NCBI GenBank assembly: GCA_039190745.1
Contig: JBCCXZ010000039.1
Coordinates: 1 to 35,511, forward strand
DNA from: Planctomycetota bacterium
GTDB taxonomy: Bacteria > Planctomycetota > Planctomycetia > Pirellulales > Lacipirellulaceae
Direction of reading: 5' to 3'
DNA: 35,511 nucleotides
Below are positions 25,659-35,511 of the stretch, piece after piece. Numbering within the stretch: the first letter of the stretch is position 1; each line of letters starts with the position of its first letter. A program made the position numbers and the translations under genes. The notes under the pieces were generated by a model, which did not search any database, was not told the DNA's origin, and was given only the letters and a program-made list of their open reading frames with translations.

Positions 25659-27083
25659 CTACACGTCGTAGTACAAACAGAACTCGTACGGGTGCGGCCG
25701 GAGGGCGAGGGCGTCGACCTCGTTCTCGCGTTTGTACGAGACCCATGTGTGCAGCACGTCGTGGGTGAAGACGTCGCCGCGGAGGAGGAACTCGTGGTCG
25801 GCGTCGAGCGCGTCGAGCGCAGCGGCCAGCGAAGGCGGCGTGTGCGGGACTTTGGCCAGCTCTTCGGGCTCGAGGTCGTAGATGTCTTTGTCGAGCGGGT
25901 CGCCGGGGTGGATCTTATTCTGGATGCCGTCGAGCGCCGCCATCATCAGCGCCGAGAACGCGAAGTAGGGGTTCGCGCTCGGGTCGGGGCAGCGGAACTC
26001 GATACGCTTCGCCTTAGGGTTGGGGCTGTACATCGGGATGCGGCACGCGGCGGAGCGGTTCCGCTGGGAGTAGGCGAGGTTCACCGGCGCCTCGTAGCCG
26101 GGCACGAGCCGCTTGTAGCTGTTGGTGGTGGGGTTGGTGAACGCGAGCAATGCCGGGGCGTGCTTGAGGATGCCGCCGATGGCGAACAGGGCGTCGTCGC
26201 TGAGGCCGGCGTAGCCGGGGCCGGCAAAGAGCGGCTCGCCGCCCTTCCAGAACGAGATGTGGGTGTGCATGCCCGAGCCGTTGTCGCCATAGATGGGCTT
26301 GGGCATGAAGGTGACGGTGCGGCCGTGCTTGTGGGCGACGTTGCGGACGATGTACTTGTAGAGGCAGATGTCGTCGGCCATTGTGACGAGGTTGCCGTAG
26401 CGGAGGTCGATCTCCGACTGGCCGGCGGTGCCGACCTCGTGGTGCTGGCACTCGACGTCGAGGCCGCACTCGATCATGGTCTGCATCATCTCGTTGCGGA
26501 GGTCCATCATCTTGTCGGCGGGGGGCGCCGGGAAGTAGCCGCCCTTGTGCCGGATGTGGTAGCCGAGGTTGGCCCCGCCGGTGGTGCTGTAGTTGGTGCC
26601 TCGGTTCCACTCGGCCTCTTCGCTGTCGATGTAGAAGAAGCCGCTCTGGGGCGACTGGTCGAACATGACGTCGTCGAAGATGAAGAACTCGGCTTCGGGG
26701 CCGATGTAGCAGGTATCGGCGATTCCGGTGCTCTTGAGGTAGTTGACCGCTTTGCGGGCGACGTTGCGCGGGTCGCGGGAGTAGTCCTCGCGGGTGATGG
26801 GGTCCTGCACGTTGCAGATCATGCTGACGGTGGGGAGTTCAGGGAACGGGTCGAAGACGGCCGTCTCGGGCAGCGGCACCAGCAGCATGTCGCTCTCGTT
26901 GATCGCCTGCCAGCCTCGGATGCTGGAGCCGTCGAAGCCGAGGCCGTCTTCGAAGACCTCTTCTTCGAGCTTCTCGACGGGGATGGTGAAGTGCTGCCAG
27001 GCGCCGGGGAAGTCGGTGAAGCGGAGGTCGACCGATCGCACGCCGCGTTCGCGGCACATGCCGAGTACGTCTTGGGGGGTCAT
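25659..27083 (-). CDS. glnA: Glutamine synthetase type I
   Basis: [54 protein letters not shown]. Adenylylation-site-like DIYDL. GGAG SD. Confidence 0.96.
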   Translation of the reverse strand: MTPQDVLGMCRERGVRSVDLRFTDFPGAWQHFTIPVEKLEEEVFEDGLGFDGSSIRGWQAINESDMLLVPLPETAVFDPFPELPTVSMICNVQDPITREDYSRDPRNVARKAVNYLKSTGIADTCYIGPEAEFFIFDDVMFDQSPQSGFFYIDSEEAEWNRGTNYSTTGGANLGYHIRHKGGYFPAPPADKMMDLRNEMMQTMIECGLDVECQHHEVGTAGQSEIDLRYGNLVTMADDICLYKYIVRNVAHKHGRTVTFMPKPIYGDNGSGMHTHISFWKGGEPLFAGPGYAGLSDDALFAIGGILKHAPALLAFTNPTTNSYKRLVPGYEAPVNLAYSQRNRSAACRIPMYSPNPKAKRIEFRCPDPSANPYFAFSALMMAALDGIQNKIHPGDPLDKDIYDLEPEELAKVPHTPPSLAAALDALDADHEFLLRGDVFTHDVLHTWVSYKRENEVDALALRPHPYEFCLYYDV

Positions 27084-27181
27084 CCGTGGAAGCTCCGTGA
27101 TCGGTGTGCGGAAGAGAGGGCGACGCGTCGGCCGCCGAGCGGCTGGTGATATGGCGGCTGTTTGGGTTGTGGAACCATAAC

Positions 27182-27218
27182 AAAAAAAGGCCCCTGCCCG
27201 CCAGGAGCGGGAGGGGCC
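27182..27218 (-). terminator. Intrinsic terminator after the type II glutamine synthetase gene
   Basis: Minus strand GGCCCCT-CCCGC-tcctg-GCGGG-c-AGGGGCC-TTTTTTT. Confidence 0.8.
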
Positions 27219-27259
27219 ATAAAAGTGTTGGCTCACAACACCGATGCTGCAGGCGGGGC

Positions 27260-28249
27260 CTACGAACGGAGCGTGGTGAGGATCTCGCCGACGACCTTGT
27301 AGGGGTCGGCGTTGGAGGCGGGCCGGCGGTCTTCGAGGTAGCCCTTCCAGCCGTCGTTGACGGTGCCGACGGGGATGCGGATCGACGCGCCGCGGTCGCT
27401 GACGCCGAAGCTGAACTTGTCGATCGACTGGGTCTCGTGCAGGCCGGTGAGGCGTTGCTCGTTGTCGGAGCCGTAGCTGCCGATGTGGGCCTCGTGGCGG
27501 GAGCGGAACTTCTCGCAGATGCCCTTGATGAACTCCTCGCCGCCCTTCTCCCGGATGTCGGTGGTCGAGAAGTTAGTGTGCATGCCGCTGCCGTTCCAGT
27601 CGCCCTTGATCGGCTTGGGGTGCAGCTCGATGGAGACGCCGAACTGCTCGCCGTTGCGGTGGAGCAGGTAGCGGGAGAGCCAGAGGTCGTCGCAGGCGTT
27701 CTTGGCTCCCTTGCCGAAGAGCTGGTACTCCCACTGGCCCTTCATGACCTCGGCGTTGATGCCGGTGACCGAGAGGCCGGCGTCGAGGCAGGCGTCGAGG
27801 TGGCCTTCGACGATGTCGCGGCCGACGCAGTTGTTGATGCCGACCGAGCAGTAGTAGGGTCCCTGTGGGCCGGGGTAACCGTCCGAGGGGAAGCCGAGGG
27901 GCTTGAAGCCGCTCATGATGGTGTACTCTTGCTCGAAGCCGAGCCAGAGGTCGGGGTCGTCCTCGAAGGCGCCGCGGCCGTTGGAGACGTGTACCGAGCC
28001 GTCGGCGTTGAGCACTTCGCACAAGACGAGCGAGGCGTTGCTGCGCTGCGGGTCGTCGATCATCTTGACCGGCTTGAGGAGGCAGTCTGAGGAGTTGCCC
28101 TCGGCCTGCTCGGTGCTGGAACCGTCGAACGACCAGCCGGGGCAGTCGTCGACGCTGCCGGGCTTGGAGCCGACGATCTTGGTCTTGCTGCGGAGGCTGG
28201 CCTCGGGCTGGTAGCCGTCCAGCCAGATGTACTCGAGCTTGTAACTCAT
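27260..28249 (-). CDS. glnII: Glutamine synthetase type II (short, eukaryote-like)
   Basis: [87 protein letters not shown]. Confidence 0.92.
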   Translation of the reverse strand: MSYKLEYIWLDGYQPEASLRSKTKIVGSKPGSVDDCPGWSFDGSSTEQAEGNSSDCLLKPVKMIDDPQRSNASLVLCEVLNADGSVHVSNGRGAFEDDPDLWLGFEQEYTIMSGFKPLGFPSDGYPGPQGPYYCSVGINNCVGRDIVEGHLDACLDAGLSVTGINAEVMKGQWEYQLFGKGAKNACDDLWLSRYLLHRNGEQFGVSIELHPKPIKGDWNGSGMHTNFSTTDIREKGGEEFIKGICEKFRSRHEAHIGSYGSDNEQRLTGLHETQSIDKFSFGVSDRGASIRIPVGTVNDGWKGYLEDRRPASNADPYKVVGEILTTLRS

Positions 28250-28734
28250 CTTGCTAAATACTCCTCGGGAAACTCAAAGACATTGAATGCTGTTATCTGG
28301 CCGCGTCCGTGGCGCGGTTCCGCCTCGCGTCCTTGAACAAGACCGGGAGGCCCGCTGTGCGGGCGTCGCTGGGCGGGGGGGCGTTCGCCCTGTCGCGGTG
28401 GGGCAGACAAGCCCATATGGTAAGGCCGTGTTGCGGGGACGACTAGGCTCGCGCGGTCCGTGGCCCGGTTTTTTGGAACAAAAACAGAACGCGGACCGGC
28501 GGCCACCACGCCGCGGGAAGAGCCGCGCGCCCGACGGGCATTTGGGCTGTGGCAGCGGTGGTGTATTCTAGCGGTAGGCAATGTTTGCGAGACCGCCGCG
28601 TTGACCAGACCCGGAGACTCCTCCTCACCCTCCCGGGCGATTCGGCGACGGGGTTGCTGGCGGAAGACGAGAGGCTCGCAGGGTTCCGCCTGAAGCACGG
28701 CCCAACACTACGCACGGGCGAGAGCCCCCGCCAC

Positions 28735-29784
28735 ATGAACGCAGCCGGCAACAACCCGAACAGCGGCCGCCCGAATGGCGGTCGGCCGAGCGGCGACCCG
28801 GGGCGGGGCGGGCAGCAGAAACGCGGTTTCCTGCCGACCGCGGCGGACTTCACGCTCCGCGAGTCGCTGGGCGTGGGCACTGTCGGCGCCGTCTTCCGCG
28901 CCGAGAGCCCCGACATCGACCAGCCCGTGGCGGTGAAGCTGCTGCACCCCAGCGTGGCGCACGATCCCAACATCGTCGACCGCTTCCAGCGCGAGATCGT
29001 GATCATGGAGCGGCTTAACCACCCGAACATCGTCCGCAACTACGGCGGCGGCATGATGGACGGGCAGTACTTCTACGCAATGCAGCTCTTGGAGCACGGC
29101 ATGCTCCGCGACCGCATGACCGCCTACGGGAAGCTGCCTTGGGAGCTGGTCGCCGCGTACGGGGCGCAGATCGCCTCGGCGCTGCAGCACGCGCACAATC
29201 ACGGCATCATCCACCGCGACCTCAAACCGACCAACCTCTTTTTCGGCGGCGACGGCCGGCTGATCCTGGGTGATTTCGGGATCGCCCGCGACACGCACGC
29301 TGGCGACATCACGGCCGACGGCATCACGGTTGGCACGTACGCCTACATGTCGCCCGAGCAGATCTGCGCGGACAAGACGATCTCCGGCAAGGCCGACCTG
29401 TACTCGCTGGGGTGCGTGATGTACGAGATGCTCACCGGCGCACCACCGTTTACCGGGGCCAACTTCGCCCAGATCTGGGAGCAGCACCTGCACAAGCAGC
29501 CGCAGCCGGTGGCCGAGCTCGTGCCCGACTGCCCGGAGTGGCTTTCGACGATAGTGATGCAGCTCTTGGAGAAAGACCCCGAGCGGCGGCCGTTCAACGC
29601 CCGCGCGGTGCAGGGCTACCTGACCGAGAAACTGCACGACGCTTTCGGCGACGACGCAGACCGGCTCACGCAGAACCTGCCGCCGCTGGAGCCCGACGGA
29701 CCTCAGCTGCACTGGAAGCGTGCGCTCGGCGCGGTGGCGGCGGTTGGTTTGCTGATCGCGTTGCTGTGGCTCGCTCAGCAGTAG
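28735..29784 (+). CDS. Hanks-type Ser/Thr protein kinase with C-terminal TM anchor
   Basis: GVGTVG, VAVK, HRDLKPTN, DFG, GTYAYMSPE, DLYSLG and a terminal hydrophobic helix. Start inferred. Confidence 0.9.
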   Translation: MNAAGNNPNSGRPNGGRPSGDPGRGGQQKRGFLPTAADFTLRESLGVGTVGAVFRAESPDIDQPVAVKLLHPSVAHDPNIVDRFQREIVIMERLNHPNIVRNYGGGMMDGQYFYAMQLLEHGMLRDRMTAYGKLPWELVAAYGAQIASALQHAHNHGIIHRDLKPTNLFFGGDGRLILGDFGIARDTHAGDITADGITVGTYAYMSPEQICADKTISGKADLYSLGCVMYEMLTGAPPFTGANFAQIWEQHLHKQPQPVAELVPDCPEWLSTIVMQLLEKDPERRPFNARAVQGYLTEKLHDAFGDDADRLTQNLPPLEPDGPQLHWKRALGAVAAVGLLIALLWLAQQ

Positions 29785-29790
29785 GCGGGC

Positions 29791-32700
29791 CTACGGCGCG
29801 TTCGCTTGCAGGTCGGCGTCGAGGATCGTCTCGATCCGTGCCGCCGTGTCCATTAGGTGCGAGCGTGTGAGGTCGTCCATCGACAGGCCCTCGGCCTCCA
29901 AGGCGCTCTCCACGCTCTCGGCGATCTCGTGGAGGTGCATCCGGGCGAGGCTCTTCGCGTCGGCCGGGTAGCTGCCGCCCATGCCCGAGAACGAGACGTA
30001 GGCGAACAGCGCCATCATGGGATTGGGCCGCTCGCCGACGATCATCTTGCCAAGGCGTCCGAGGTGCTCGCGCTGCAGGTTGCGGCGGATGACGGAGAGC
30101 TCCAGCTCTTCCGGCGCTCCTTCCTCGCCGAACATCACCTCCGACCAGACGCTCTCGGTGAGCGTGCTGAAGAGCTCGTCCATCGCGAGGGGCTCGTCGT
30201 CTTCCTCCGCCATGAGTGCCTGATTCTGCAGGCGGTTGAGTACGGAGGCGCTGAGGCAGTGGTTCAGCGCGATCCGCTGGATCGACAGCACGGTGTTGTA
30301 CACCGGGTAGCCGCCGCCCGAGGGGGACATCATGCTCCTGCTGCCCCAGTGGTACCAGTTTTCGCTGGTGAGGCGGCGGAGCGTCTGTGGTGAGAAGTGG
30401 AAGGCGTCGTCGCTGAGGATGCGGTCGGCGATGAGCTGAAGGGCCTCGCGTTGCCGGTCGCCGGAGACAGGAGCGATTGGGTCGGGCGTTTCTTCTCCGC
30501 CGCGGTGGTGCTTGGCGACCTTCTGGCCGCCGATGTAGTTCGAGCTGAGGTACGCGGCGTTGCCGTACTGGGCGATCAGGGCCGAGAACGCCGAGCGGAG
30601 CCGGGCCCACGACTCACCGTCTTCGACCACGTTGTCGTCGAGGCCCACCAGCAGCCGGTCGGCGAGGGCCATCCGATGCTTGGCGTAGCGGAGGGGGTCG
30701 TCGCCCAAATCGTAGACGTTCACGCGGGGGTCGTTGCTGCCCCAGAGGTCTTCGTCGGTGGCGTAGGCCAGGTCGGCCTCGGGCGAGCGGGCGGCGATTT
30801 TGGCCAGCTCCTTCGCCTCGTTGCCGCGGACGGGCTTGTAGGCGTACTCGATGGCCCAGTAGTCGTAGGGGCCGATGGTGGGGCTGGCGAAGTGGCCCTG
30901 CTCCTCGGGGTCGGCGGCGATGTTGATGGGCGTGTAGTCCATCACGCTGCCGCTGAGGCCCTTCTCGCTGGTGATTGACTTGTCATTGATCTCGTCGAGC
31001 GAGAGCATGGTGCTCGCGCGGAAGTTGTGCCGCAGGCCGAGCGAGTGGCCAACCTCGTGCATGACGATTTCTTTAATCAGCTGTCTAATCAGCTCTTCGG
31101 GGATCTCGGCCGGAACGACTTTCTTTTCCTTGTCGTCCTCGGATTCTGTGCCTTCGTCGTCGTCCGCTTCAGCGTCCCCCTCGCTTTTCTCGTCTTCGGA
31201 GGCGTTGAATTGGTTGGCGGCGAACGCCAACGCCGCTAGGCGGAACTCCTGACGCTTGGCGAGGCCGTAGCTGCAGTTGGCGTGAAGGCCCGCATTGAGC
31301 CGTCGGCTGACTGCGGTTTGCAGCGGGCTCCAGCTGGAGGGCACCACGTGGGGCGCGCCGTAGGCACGGCGCCCGTGATCGTGCGGGTGGTTGTGGTGTT
31401 GGTGCATCTGTTGTGACGGCGGCGGGTTGGGCGAGCCATAAGCCTGCTTGGCCGCCAGCATCGGGCTGATCACATCGCCGACGTCCAGCGGCACGGGGCG
31501 GGCGTGTCCATTACCCTCCCCCTGCCCCGGCAGCGGCATGCCGACCATCAGGGCGTACTCCCGCTTCCAGTAGCGGATCCAGCTGGCGTCGAATACCACG
31601 TCGCCGTCGATCATCTCGCCGGTGATGGGGTCGCTGCGGAGCCCCGACATAGCGAACGTCGAGGGCGTGGTCACCCAGCGGAAGGTGCAGTAGTTGATGT
31701 CCTCGGGGTCGAACTCGTCGCCCTCTTGCTGCCAGCGGACGCCCAGGGCGTTGCGGAACCCGATCTTCTCAAACGCTTTGTTCCACTCGAGGATGCCTTC
31801 CTCGACATAGGGTCGGTACTCGTGCGGCACGGTGTTCTCGACCCACCAGACGACCTGCTTCTTGGGCGGCGAGAGCTTCGCGGCGGGGTTGGCTTTCTCC
31901 AGCCGCCAGCGGTTGATTCGGCGCTTGAAGATCGTGTCTGGGTCTTTCGAGCCGAAGTCCTTCGTGGCGTTGAGGAAGTGGCCCACCCGCTGGTCAGCCA
32001 GGCGGGGCTTGTAGCCTGGTCCGGGGCGTTTGGCGAGGCTGTAGTGCATGACGACGGTCATGCCGCGGGGATCGATGACGCCGCTGTCGAAGAAACCGCC
32101 GAAGCCCATGAACCCGCTGCGATAGGTAGCCTGGACCTGCAGCTCGATGTTGTTCTTGAAGGCTTTCACTTTGTGCCACTGCGTGCGGCTGCGGTCGAGG
32201 CTGCCCAGGCCGAGCTGGGCAAAGTCGGTGAAGAAGATGTTGTTGAGGTCGATCAGCACGCCGCCGCCGGGCGGGTTGTCGCTGACGATTGGGATCGACA
32301 TCAGCACCGAGTCGAGGTAGTTCTGCTCGACGGCGCGGCCGATGGGCGTTCCTTTGGGGGCCTCGTAGCGGACGTTCTTGCGGATGAGGAACACGCGGTC
32401 GTCGACGCGGCGGAACATGAGGACCCACTCTTCGCCGAAGTTGAGCGGCATGCCGGCCGAGGCCAGGCCCTTGGCGATGGTGATGGGCGCCAAGAGCGGC
32501 ATGTTCATCTGGCTGTTCTTGATCGCCGCGTAGACGTGGTTGTCTTTCTCGTAGAGCTTGAACAGGCCGTCGTACTGCTTGGCGCCCTCGGTGACGTCTT
32601 TGAAGTCGCGGAACTTTTTCGACTTCGAGGAGGAGCCGGCCTTCTTCGCGGCGGCGAGCTTGGCGAGCGTCGCGGCGTCGATGGTGACCGAGACGGCGCC

Positions 32701-32835
32701 GTCGCCGGTCTCTTCGGCGTGGGTGGTCAGGGGGCCGCCGGCCAGCAGCGACAAGGCCGCCAAGGCCGTGAGCAGAGCGCGCCCCACGAGGCGTGCGGCG
32801 GTAGAACAAGAGACAAGACGCTGATCGCGAGACAT
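29791..32835 (-). CDS. Large zinc-dependent metalloprotease (DUF5117/DUF4953, EcxA-like)
   Basis: Signal peptide, GILEWNKAFEKIGF, HEVGHSLGLRHNF, Met-turn SVMDY, IGPYDYWAIEYAY. GAGGG SD before ATG 32835. Confidence 0.88.
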   Translation of the reverse strand: MSRDQRLVSCSTAARLVGRALLTALAALSLLAGGPLTTHAEETGDGAVSVTIDAATLAKLAAAKKAGSSSKSKKFRDFKDVTEGAKQYDGLFKLYEKDNHVYAAIKNSQMNMPLLAPITIAKGLASAGMPLNFGEEWVLMFRRVDDRVFLIRKNVRYEAPKGTPIGRAVEQNYLDSVLMSIPIVSDNPPGGGVLIDLNNIFFTDFAQLGLGSLDRSRTQWHKVKAFKNNIELQVQATYRSGFMGFGGFFDSGVIDPRGMTVVMHYSLAKRPGPGYKPRLADQRVGHFLNATKDFGSKDPDTIFKRRINRWRLEKANPAAKLSPPKKQVVWWVENTVPHEYRPYVEEGILEWNKAFEKIGFRNALGVRWQQEGDEFDPEDINYCTFRWVTTPSTFAMSGLRSDPITGEMIDGDVVFDASWIRYWKREYALMVGMPLPGQGEGNGHARPVPLDVGDVISPMLAAKQAYGSPNPPPSQQMHQHHNHPHDHGRRAYGAPHVVPSSWSPLQTAVSRRLNAGLHANCSYGLAKRQEFRLAALAFAANQFNASEDEKSEGDAEADDDEGTESEDDKEKKVVPAEIPEELIRQLIKEIVMHEVGHSLGLRHNFRASTMLSLDEINDKSITSEKGLSGSVMDYTPINIAADPEEQGHFASPTIGPYDYWAIEYAYKPVRGNEAKELAKIAARSPEADLAYATDEDLWGSNDPRVNVYDLGDDPLRYAKHRMALADRLLVGLDDNVVEDGESWARLRSAFSALIAQYGNAAYLSSNYIGGQKVAKHHRGGEETPDPIAPVSGDRQREALQLIADRILSDDAFHFSPQTLRRLTSENWYHWGSRSMMSPSGGGYPVYNTVLSIQRIALNHCLSASVLNRLQNQALMAEEDDEPLAMDELFSTLTESVWSEVMFGEEGAPEELELSVIRRNLQREHLGRLGKMIVGERPNPMMALFAYVSFSGMGGSYPADAKSLARMHLHEIAESVESALEAEGLSMDDLTRSHLMDTAARIETILDADLQANAP

Positions 32836-32953
32836 GACATCCCCTCTGATTGGTCCGTTACAACCGGCATTGCCCGCGCCCGCCGGGATCCGCCCGGCGG
32901 CCCCTGCGGACCGGTCAACGCTGTATTCTAGCTCCGCCGATTGTGAAAAGAAG

Positions 32954-35254
32954 CTAATCAGGCAAGGAATACGGGGGGCAGGCGTCCCCGCTGTCTGGGC
33001 CCGCAGCGGGGTGCCAGCTAGGCAACGACAGGAATGCGGGTACCAGCAGCGTGCGGACGTAGAGCGTGTCGAGCAGGATGCCCAGGGAGAGGGCAAAACC
33101 CATTTCCACAATCCCCCGCATCGAGCCCGCGGTCATCGACACGAATGTGCCGGCCATGATGATGCCGCAGCTGGTGATGATCCCGCCGGTTTGGATCAAC
33201 GCGTGCCGGAGGCCCGGCAGGCGACCCAGACGGCGTTGCTCTTCGAACACCCGGCTGACCAGGTAGATGTTGTAGTCCTGGCCAACGGCCACCAGCAGCA
33301 CAAACAGGAACAGGGGCACCTTCCAGTCGAGGCCGAGGTAGCCGTCGCCGCGGAGCAGGCCGAACAGCAGGCTGGTGGCGCCGATGGTGACGAGGTAGCT
33401 CAGCAGCACGGTGGCCACGAGGTAGACGCACACGACGGGCCTGCGGAGCAGGGCCACCATCACCAGCAGCACGGCCGCGGTGACGCAGGCTTGCACGCGG
33501 TAGCGGTCGGCGGTGGTGACGGCCTTGAGGTCGCGGATGCCCGGGGTCGGACCGAGCAGCGGGAACGCGGCGTCGCTCCAAAAGGCGTCCTCCGCCTTGA
33601 GCTCCGCGAGCCGAGCCGAGATGCGGTTGCAGGTTGCGACCGCCTGCTTCGAGAACGGTTCGTCTTCGAGCAGCACGACCAATCGGGTGACGTCGCCCGC
33701 GGCGCCCGGCGCCTGCGAGACGAACGCCGCGGTCGCTTCGGGGCTGCGGCGGGCCAGCTGGGCCCAGAGCCCCATGCCGGAGACGGTCGTGCCGGGGGCG
33801 TCTCCCAGTGGTTGGTCGAGGCTGCGCACGCGGGCCACGCCGGGCGCTTCGTAGAGGGCTTTGCCGAGTTCGGCGATCGCGCGGCGGCCTTCGGTCGAAG
33901 CGAAGTCGGCGCCGTCGCGTTGGGCGAGCACAATCAGCGGGCCGATCTCGCCCGCGGGGTAGTACCGCTTCAGCAGCTCGGTGCCGCGGCGGCTGATCCG
34001 CTCGGGGCTGATCTCCGCGAGCAGATCGTAGGTGACCCCGACCGTGGCGCCGTGGAGGGCCAACGGCAACGCGGCGGCGACCGAACCCAGCAGGAGCGCC
34101 CGGGGGTAGCGGAGCACGAACTCGGCCAGCTTGTTCCAGAAGCCCGAGCCCTGTTGCTGTGCCGCGCGCAGCTGCCCGCTGGCAGCGGAGCCGAGTGTGG
34201 ACGCGAGCAGCGCCGGGGTGAGCGTGAGGCACGCCGCGAGGGTGATCGCCAGCGAGACGGCGATGCTGACGCCGCTGCCGGCGATCTTGCCGAAGTCGGC
34301 GACGGCCATCATCGCGAGCCCAACGATGGTGGTGGCCCCGCTGGCGGCTAGCGCCACGCCCACTCGCGAGAAAGCCTCTGCCGTTGCGTCGCGGGGCGTC
34401 CTGCCCTCGCCGCGGCATTCGGAGTACCGTGCCGTGAGAAAGAGGCAGTAGTCGGTGCCGGCGCCGAACAGCAGCACGACCACAAAGATGCGCGTGGTGG
34501 TGAAGACCTGAACGCTCGGCAGCCAATCTGGGGCGGTCGCCGTGAGTTCGGCCAGCAGCGGCAGCGCGGCTAGCGAGGCGGTGGCCGCGACGCCGATGGT
34601 CACCAACGGCACCAGCATCAGCCGGAGCGAGCGGTAGATCACGGCCAAAACGCAGACCACCAGTGCGATGGTCGCGGTGTGTGTGTTGCGGACGCTGTCT
34701 GCCGCGGCGGCGAGGAGGTCGCCGCCGATCGCGGCCGAGCCGGTGAGGCCGATCTCCAGGCCGGGCGGGGCGCGTTTTTGGGCGTCTTCGACCATGGCCT
34801 GAACGACTCTCAGGACACGGACGTTGTCGGTGGCCATGAAGTCGTTGGTGAGCCGCACCGCAAACCGCCGGGCGTGGTCGGTTGGGCTGCTGGGCATCCG
34901 GTCGGCGCCCTCGGCGTTCTCAGAGAGGACGCTGATGATTGGCAGGTCTGGCCGGCTGGCGATCTGCTCGCGCAGCTCGGCGAGCAGCAGCAGGTCTTCG
35001 CGGCCAAGCGGGCCGTCGACGCGACCGAACACGACCAGCAACTGGCTCCGGCCCTCCTCGCCGGGGAAGGCCGCGTCGTGCAGCGCCAAGGCGCGGGCGG
35101 TAGTTGTGTCGGCGGGCAGGTGCTGCAGATCGCCGTCGCGGGCGACTTCGTTCCACCGGGGGGCCGCGGCTTGCAGCGCAGCGGTCAGCACTAGCCAAGC
35201 CGTGATGACGGCGACCCGGTGGTCGTGCAGCGCTTGGCCGGTTTTCAGGAGCAT
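32954..35254 (-). CDS. MMPL family (RND superfamily) transporter
   Basis: Two repeats containing LFGAGTDYCLFL and AVGQDYNIYL, plus TGGIITSCGIIMAG. Start taken at MLLKTG (35254). Confidence 0.9.
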   Translation of the reverse strand: MLLKTGQALHDHRVAVITAWLVLTAALQAAAPRWNEVARDGDLQHLPADTTTARALALHDAAFPGEEGRSQLLVVFGRVDGPLGREDLLLLAELREQIASRPDLPIISVLSENAEGADRMPSSPTDHARRFAVRLTNDFMATDNVRVLRVVQAMVEDAQKRAPPGLEIGLTGSAAIGGDLLAAAADSVRNTHTATIALVVCVLAVIYRSLRLMLVPLVTIGVAATASLAALPLLAELTATAPDWLPSVQVFTTTRIFVVVLLFGAGTDYCLFLTARYSECRGEGRTPRDATAEAFSRVGVALAASGATTIVGLAMMAVADFGKIAGSGVSIAVSLAITLAACLTLTPALLASTLGSAASGQLRAAQQQGSGFWNKLAEFVLRYPRALLLGSVAAALPLALHGATVGVTYDLLAEISPERISRRGTELLKRYYPAGEIGPLIVLAQRDGADFASTEGRRAIAELGKALYEAPGVARVRSLDQPLGDAPGTTVSGMGLWAQLARRSPEATAAFVSQAPGAAGDVTRLVVLLEDEPFSKQAVATCNRISARLAELKAEDAFWSDAAFPLLGPTPGIRDLKAVTTADRYRVQACVTAAVLLVMVALLRRPVVCVYLVATVLLSYLVTIGATSLLFGLLRGDGYLGLDWKVPLFLFVLLVAVGQDYNIYLVSRVFEEQRRLGRLPGLRHALIQTGGIITSCGIIMAGTFVSMTAGSMRGIVEMGFALSLGILLDTLYVRTLLVPAFLSLPSWHPAAGPDSGDACPPYSLPD

Positions 35255-35511
35255 CGAGAGTGGCCCGGTCTCAGCGGAAGGCAGCGTGGGGGCGCCGGCC
35301 GCCCCGTCGACGTCTCGGGGGCCGGGCCCGAGCCGGGAGAAGCGGATGGTAGTCTGCGTCGTCGCGGTTTGCCACTCGGCGCACGAAAAAGGCGTGGGGG
35401 CGCCAGGCGGGCCGGCCCCCGGGTTTTGGCCCGGTGAGGGGGGTTGGTTCCCCGGTTGTGGGGGCATAATCGTTGCCGGGGGGGGCGGCGGCGGGTGGAA
35501 AAGGAACACCC

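Noticed and set aside
25530..28090. Long + strand ORFs (539 aa and 328 aa) opposite glnA and glnII
   Set aside because: Antisense shadows of strongly codon-biased genes.
31504..34526. Overlapping 475-505 aa ORFs in alternative frames
   Set aside because: Arg/Gly/Ala-rich, motif-less frames over the clear protease and MMPL genes.
35380..35511. G-run-rich end of the window (possible G-quadruplex or Pro-rich MMPL extension)
   Set aside because: Homopolymer-rich and at the window edge, so it may be low-quality sequence. I cannot support a function.
1..35511. CRISPR arrays, tRNA/rRNA, IS elements, prophage or defence genes
   Set aside because: No regularly spaced repeats, RNA-gene signatures, or transposase/integrase/nuclease motifs were seen by eye.

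Overview
A GC-rich bacterial chromosomal window, most likely from a planctomycete (inferred from PEP-CTERM proteins with dockerin-like DxDxDG repeats, a Hanks kinase and the gene content). I found no rRNA, tRNA, CRISPR array or transposase. The most unusual element is a tightly coupled 8-gene respiratory operon (2109-9652), divergent from an Rrf2 regulator that appears to start at CTG. It encodes a divergent C-family (cbb3-like) heme-copper oxidase. Its CcoN keeps all six His ligands and the helix-VII Tyr but replaces several normally conserved residues (W to G, N to D next to the CuB His, K-channel H to G, proximal E to Q). There is no canonical ccoP, ccoQ or ccoG. Instead there is a di-heme lipoprotein, a free-standing 68-aa peptide resembling the CcoP N-terminus, an extended CcoS-like protein, an unknown membrane protein, a Cu-type P-ATPase and a DsbD_2/TauE-like protein. 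The rest of the window holds a partial SAM methyltransferase with a sigma54-like promoter, a Nei glycosylase, DUF4405 plus lactate permease, a MarR-pirin-DoxX-SDR operon with two matching operators, three PEP-CTERM proteins (two are proteases), dihydropyrimidinase plus a phosphodiester glycosidase, a YciI/ECF42-like sigma pair, tandem type II and type I glutamine synthetases, a Ser/Thr kinase, a large Zn metalloprotease and an MMPL transporter. All family calls come from reading motifs by eye; no database search was run.
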